Below, in pieces: positions 62,291 through 64,000 of a DNA stretch of 64,000 nt. A program made the translations under genes and the position numbers. Every line of letters starts with the position of its first letter. The first letter of the stretch is position 1. The notes under the pieces are model-generated. The model saw only the letters and a program-made list of their open reading frames with translations. It had not been told where the DNA came from and searched no databases. This DNA comes from Phaeosaccion multiseriatum (Eukaryota > Protista > Ochrophyta, other classes): contig OZ218950.1 in NCBI GenBank assembly GCA_965112735.1, positions 1,922,001-1,986,000 on the forward strand, written 5' to 3'.

Positions 62291-64000
62291 ATGGTACACA
62301 GGCAGGCTTTGACGGCCGCGGTGGTGCTCGTGACATGCCACGCAGTCGCGGGCTTCGCGGTTCCCACTGCGTCGCGGGTGTCGGTGGGATCGCCGGCAGG
62401 GCTCAGGCCATCGTCCATCTTTATTGCGTCACAGACCTCCGGACTTCGGGGCGGAGGGAGCGCGAGGTCGCTGCGGATGGAAGCCAGCGACTCGCACTTC
62501 GAGCTGCTAGTCATCGGGGGAGGGTCGGGGGGCATTGCATGCGCCAAGAGAGCGGCTGGGTACGGAGCGAAGGTGAGAGGGACTGAATAAGCGGTGTCTG
62601 GCCCTCCGCCACACCGCGCCTACCTACGTGACGCCGAGCTTGCGTATGCAGGCAACAGGCAGTGAAACGTGCCCCTGACTCGATGAGCGCTCTGCTGTGC
62701 CGCCCTTGCCCCTGCCGTGTCCCTCTCGACAACAGGTTGGGCTGGTGGAGAAGCAAGCATTGGGAGGCACCTGCGTCAACGTTGGTTGCGTGCCCAAGAA
62801 AGTGAGGAGCAGGATAGTGTTCATGCGTGAGAAGCGCTTCCCGTCCTGTCTTTGTCTCTGCGATGCTCCTCCTTTCTCCTCCTCCTCCTCCTCCTCCTCC
62901 TCCGCGTCCTCACTGTCCTACCACCACCTCCCCCCCGTCGGCACTGTCCTCCTACCACCACCCTCCCTCCCTCCTCCTCCTCCTCCTCCTCCTCCTCTCT
63001 CCTCCTCCTCTTTCCCCTCCTCCTTCCATCCTCCTCCTTAACGGCCCTTTGTACTGGCCCTTTGCACTGTAAGGTTATGTGGAACGCTGCCACGGTCAAC
63101 GAGATCATCACCGAGGCCAAGCACTTTGGCTACAAAGTGGACGATTACCAGTTCGACTGGAACTTCCTCAAGCAACTCAGGGACAAGTATATCACGAGGC
63201 TCAATGGCATTTACGCCAACGGCCTTGACAGCACCAACGTGCAGCGCATCGAAGGAGTAAGTGTGTGTGTGTGTGTGTCTGTCGTTCTGAGCTGTGTAGA
63301 ATGGAAACTGCCTCCTCGCTCCCTCCTCAACTCCCCCGCTCCCTCACTCCCTCTCGTCTGCAGTTTGCGTCATTCAAAGACGCCACCACCGTCAACGTGG
63401 AAGGGAAGGAGCTCACCGCGGATCACATTGTAGTGGCTGTCGGAGGCAAGCCGACTATGCCGGACCTGCCCGGAGTGGAGCACTGCATTTCTAGCAACGG
63501 ATTCTTCGAGCTCGAGGAGCAGGTGAGGGAGGAAGGGAGGGAGGGACGGAGGGAGGGAGGGAGGAGGGCATGAGGAGAGTTGGCAGTGGATGGCAGTGGA
63601 TCGGGAGGGATGGGAGGGGAGTGGGACAAGTCAAGTAGCTAAGTCCGTGACATCTGACGGGCATGCGTCTCCCCCTACCCCCCCCAACTCTCTCTCCCCT
63701 GTTGTGCGTCCTCGTCTACTGCTACTGCTACCGCTCTTGTTGGTGCTGTCTCACCAACTGCTGCTTACGATGGTCTGGGTCCGTCCCTACCCCTCTCCTG
63801 TCATTCCTCAGCCCAAGAAGGTGGCAGTGATCGGAGCCGGGTACATTGCAGTCGAGCTGGCCGGCGTGTTCCAGGCCCTTCACAGCGACACTACCCTCCT
63901 TGTGCGCAAAGAGACCGCCCTGTCGAGCTTCGATGACATGATCAAGGAAGAGCTTGACGCTGAGATGAAAAAGGCCGGTATGACGGTCAAGAACCACTCC
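62291..64000 (+). CDS. GSR: Glutathione reductase, probably plastid-targeted; 3' end truncated by the window
   Basis: Exons 62291-62572, 62736-62801, 63074-63256, 63364-63522, 63812 to beyond 64000. [51 protein letters not shown]. Leader signal peptide ..AVAGFAVP. Confidence 0.95.

Noticed and set aside
26189-64000. Lipid/redox gene cluster (DUF1365, LipB, glutathione reductase)
   Set aside because: The genes are far apart and interleaved with unrelated housekeeping genes; nothing indicates a functional cluster.

Overview
Intron-rich, GC-rich eukaryotic nuclear DNA with very heavy microsatellite expansion. It is most likely from a photosynthetic stramenopile (ochrophyte alga), because LipB and glutathione reductase carry signal peptide plus (S/A)(A/G)F bipartite plastid-targeting leaders. 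I assembled 13 protein-coding genes by hand from splice sites and reading-frame phase: two large EF-hand/WD40 proteins, an unknown multipass membrane protein, a PPR protein, fibrillarin, a DUF1365 protein, THOC7, a small 2-TM RNASEK/V-ATPase subunit f-like protein that the ORF track does not show as one ORF, an ELMO-domain protein, plastid LipB, ARP4, an unknown 2-TM protein and glutathione reductase (cut by the window end). Most short ORFs in the track are artefacts of repeats. The least explained signals are: (1) an 11-mer GTTGGTGATAC, core of an 18-bp unit, present exactly 10 times on both strands, in introns and in different reading frames of unrelated genes; (2) intronic microsatellites that are arrays of splice-signal words; (3) an inverted copy of part of an ELMO exon about 34 kb away; (4) a GC-AG intron holding about 710 bp of (CCT)n; (5) a candidate box C/D snoRNA in fibrillarin intron 1. 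No CRISPR array, rRNA, tRNA or intact transposase was recognised. All gene models and family calls are manual and have not been checked against databases or transcripts.
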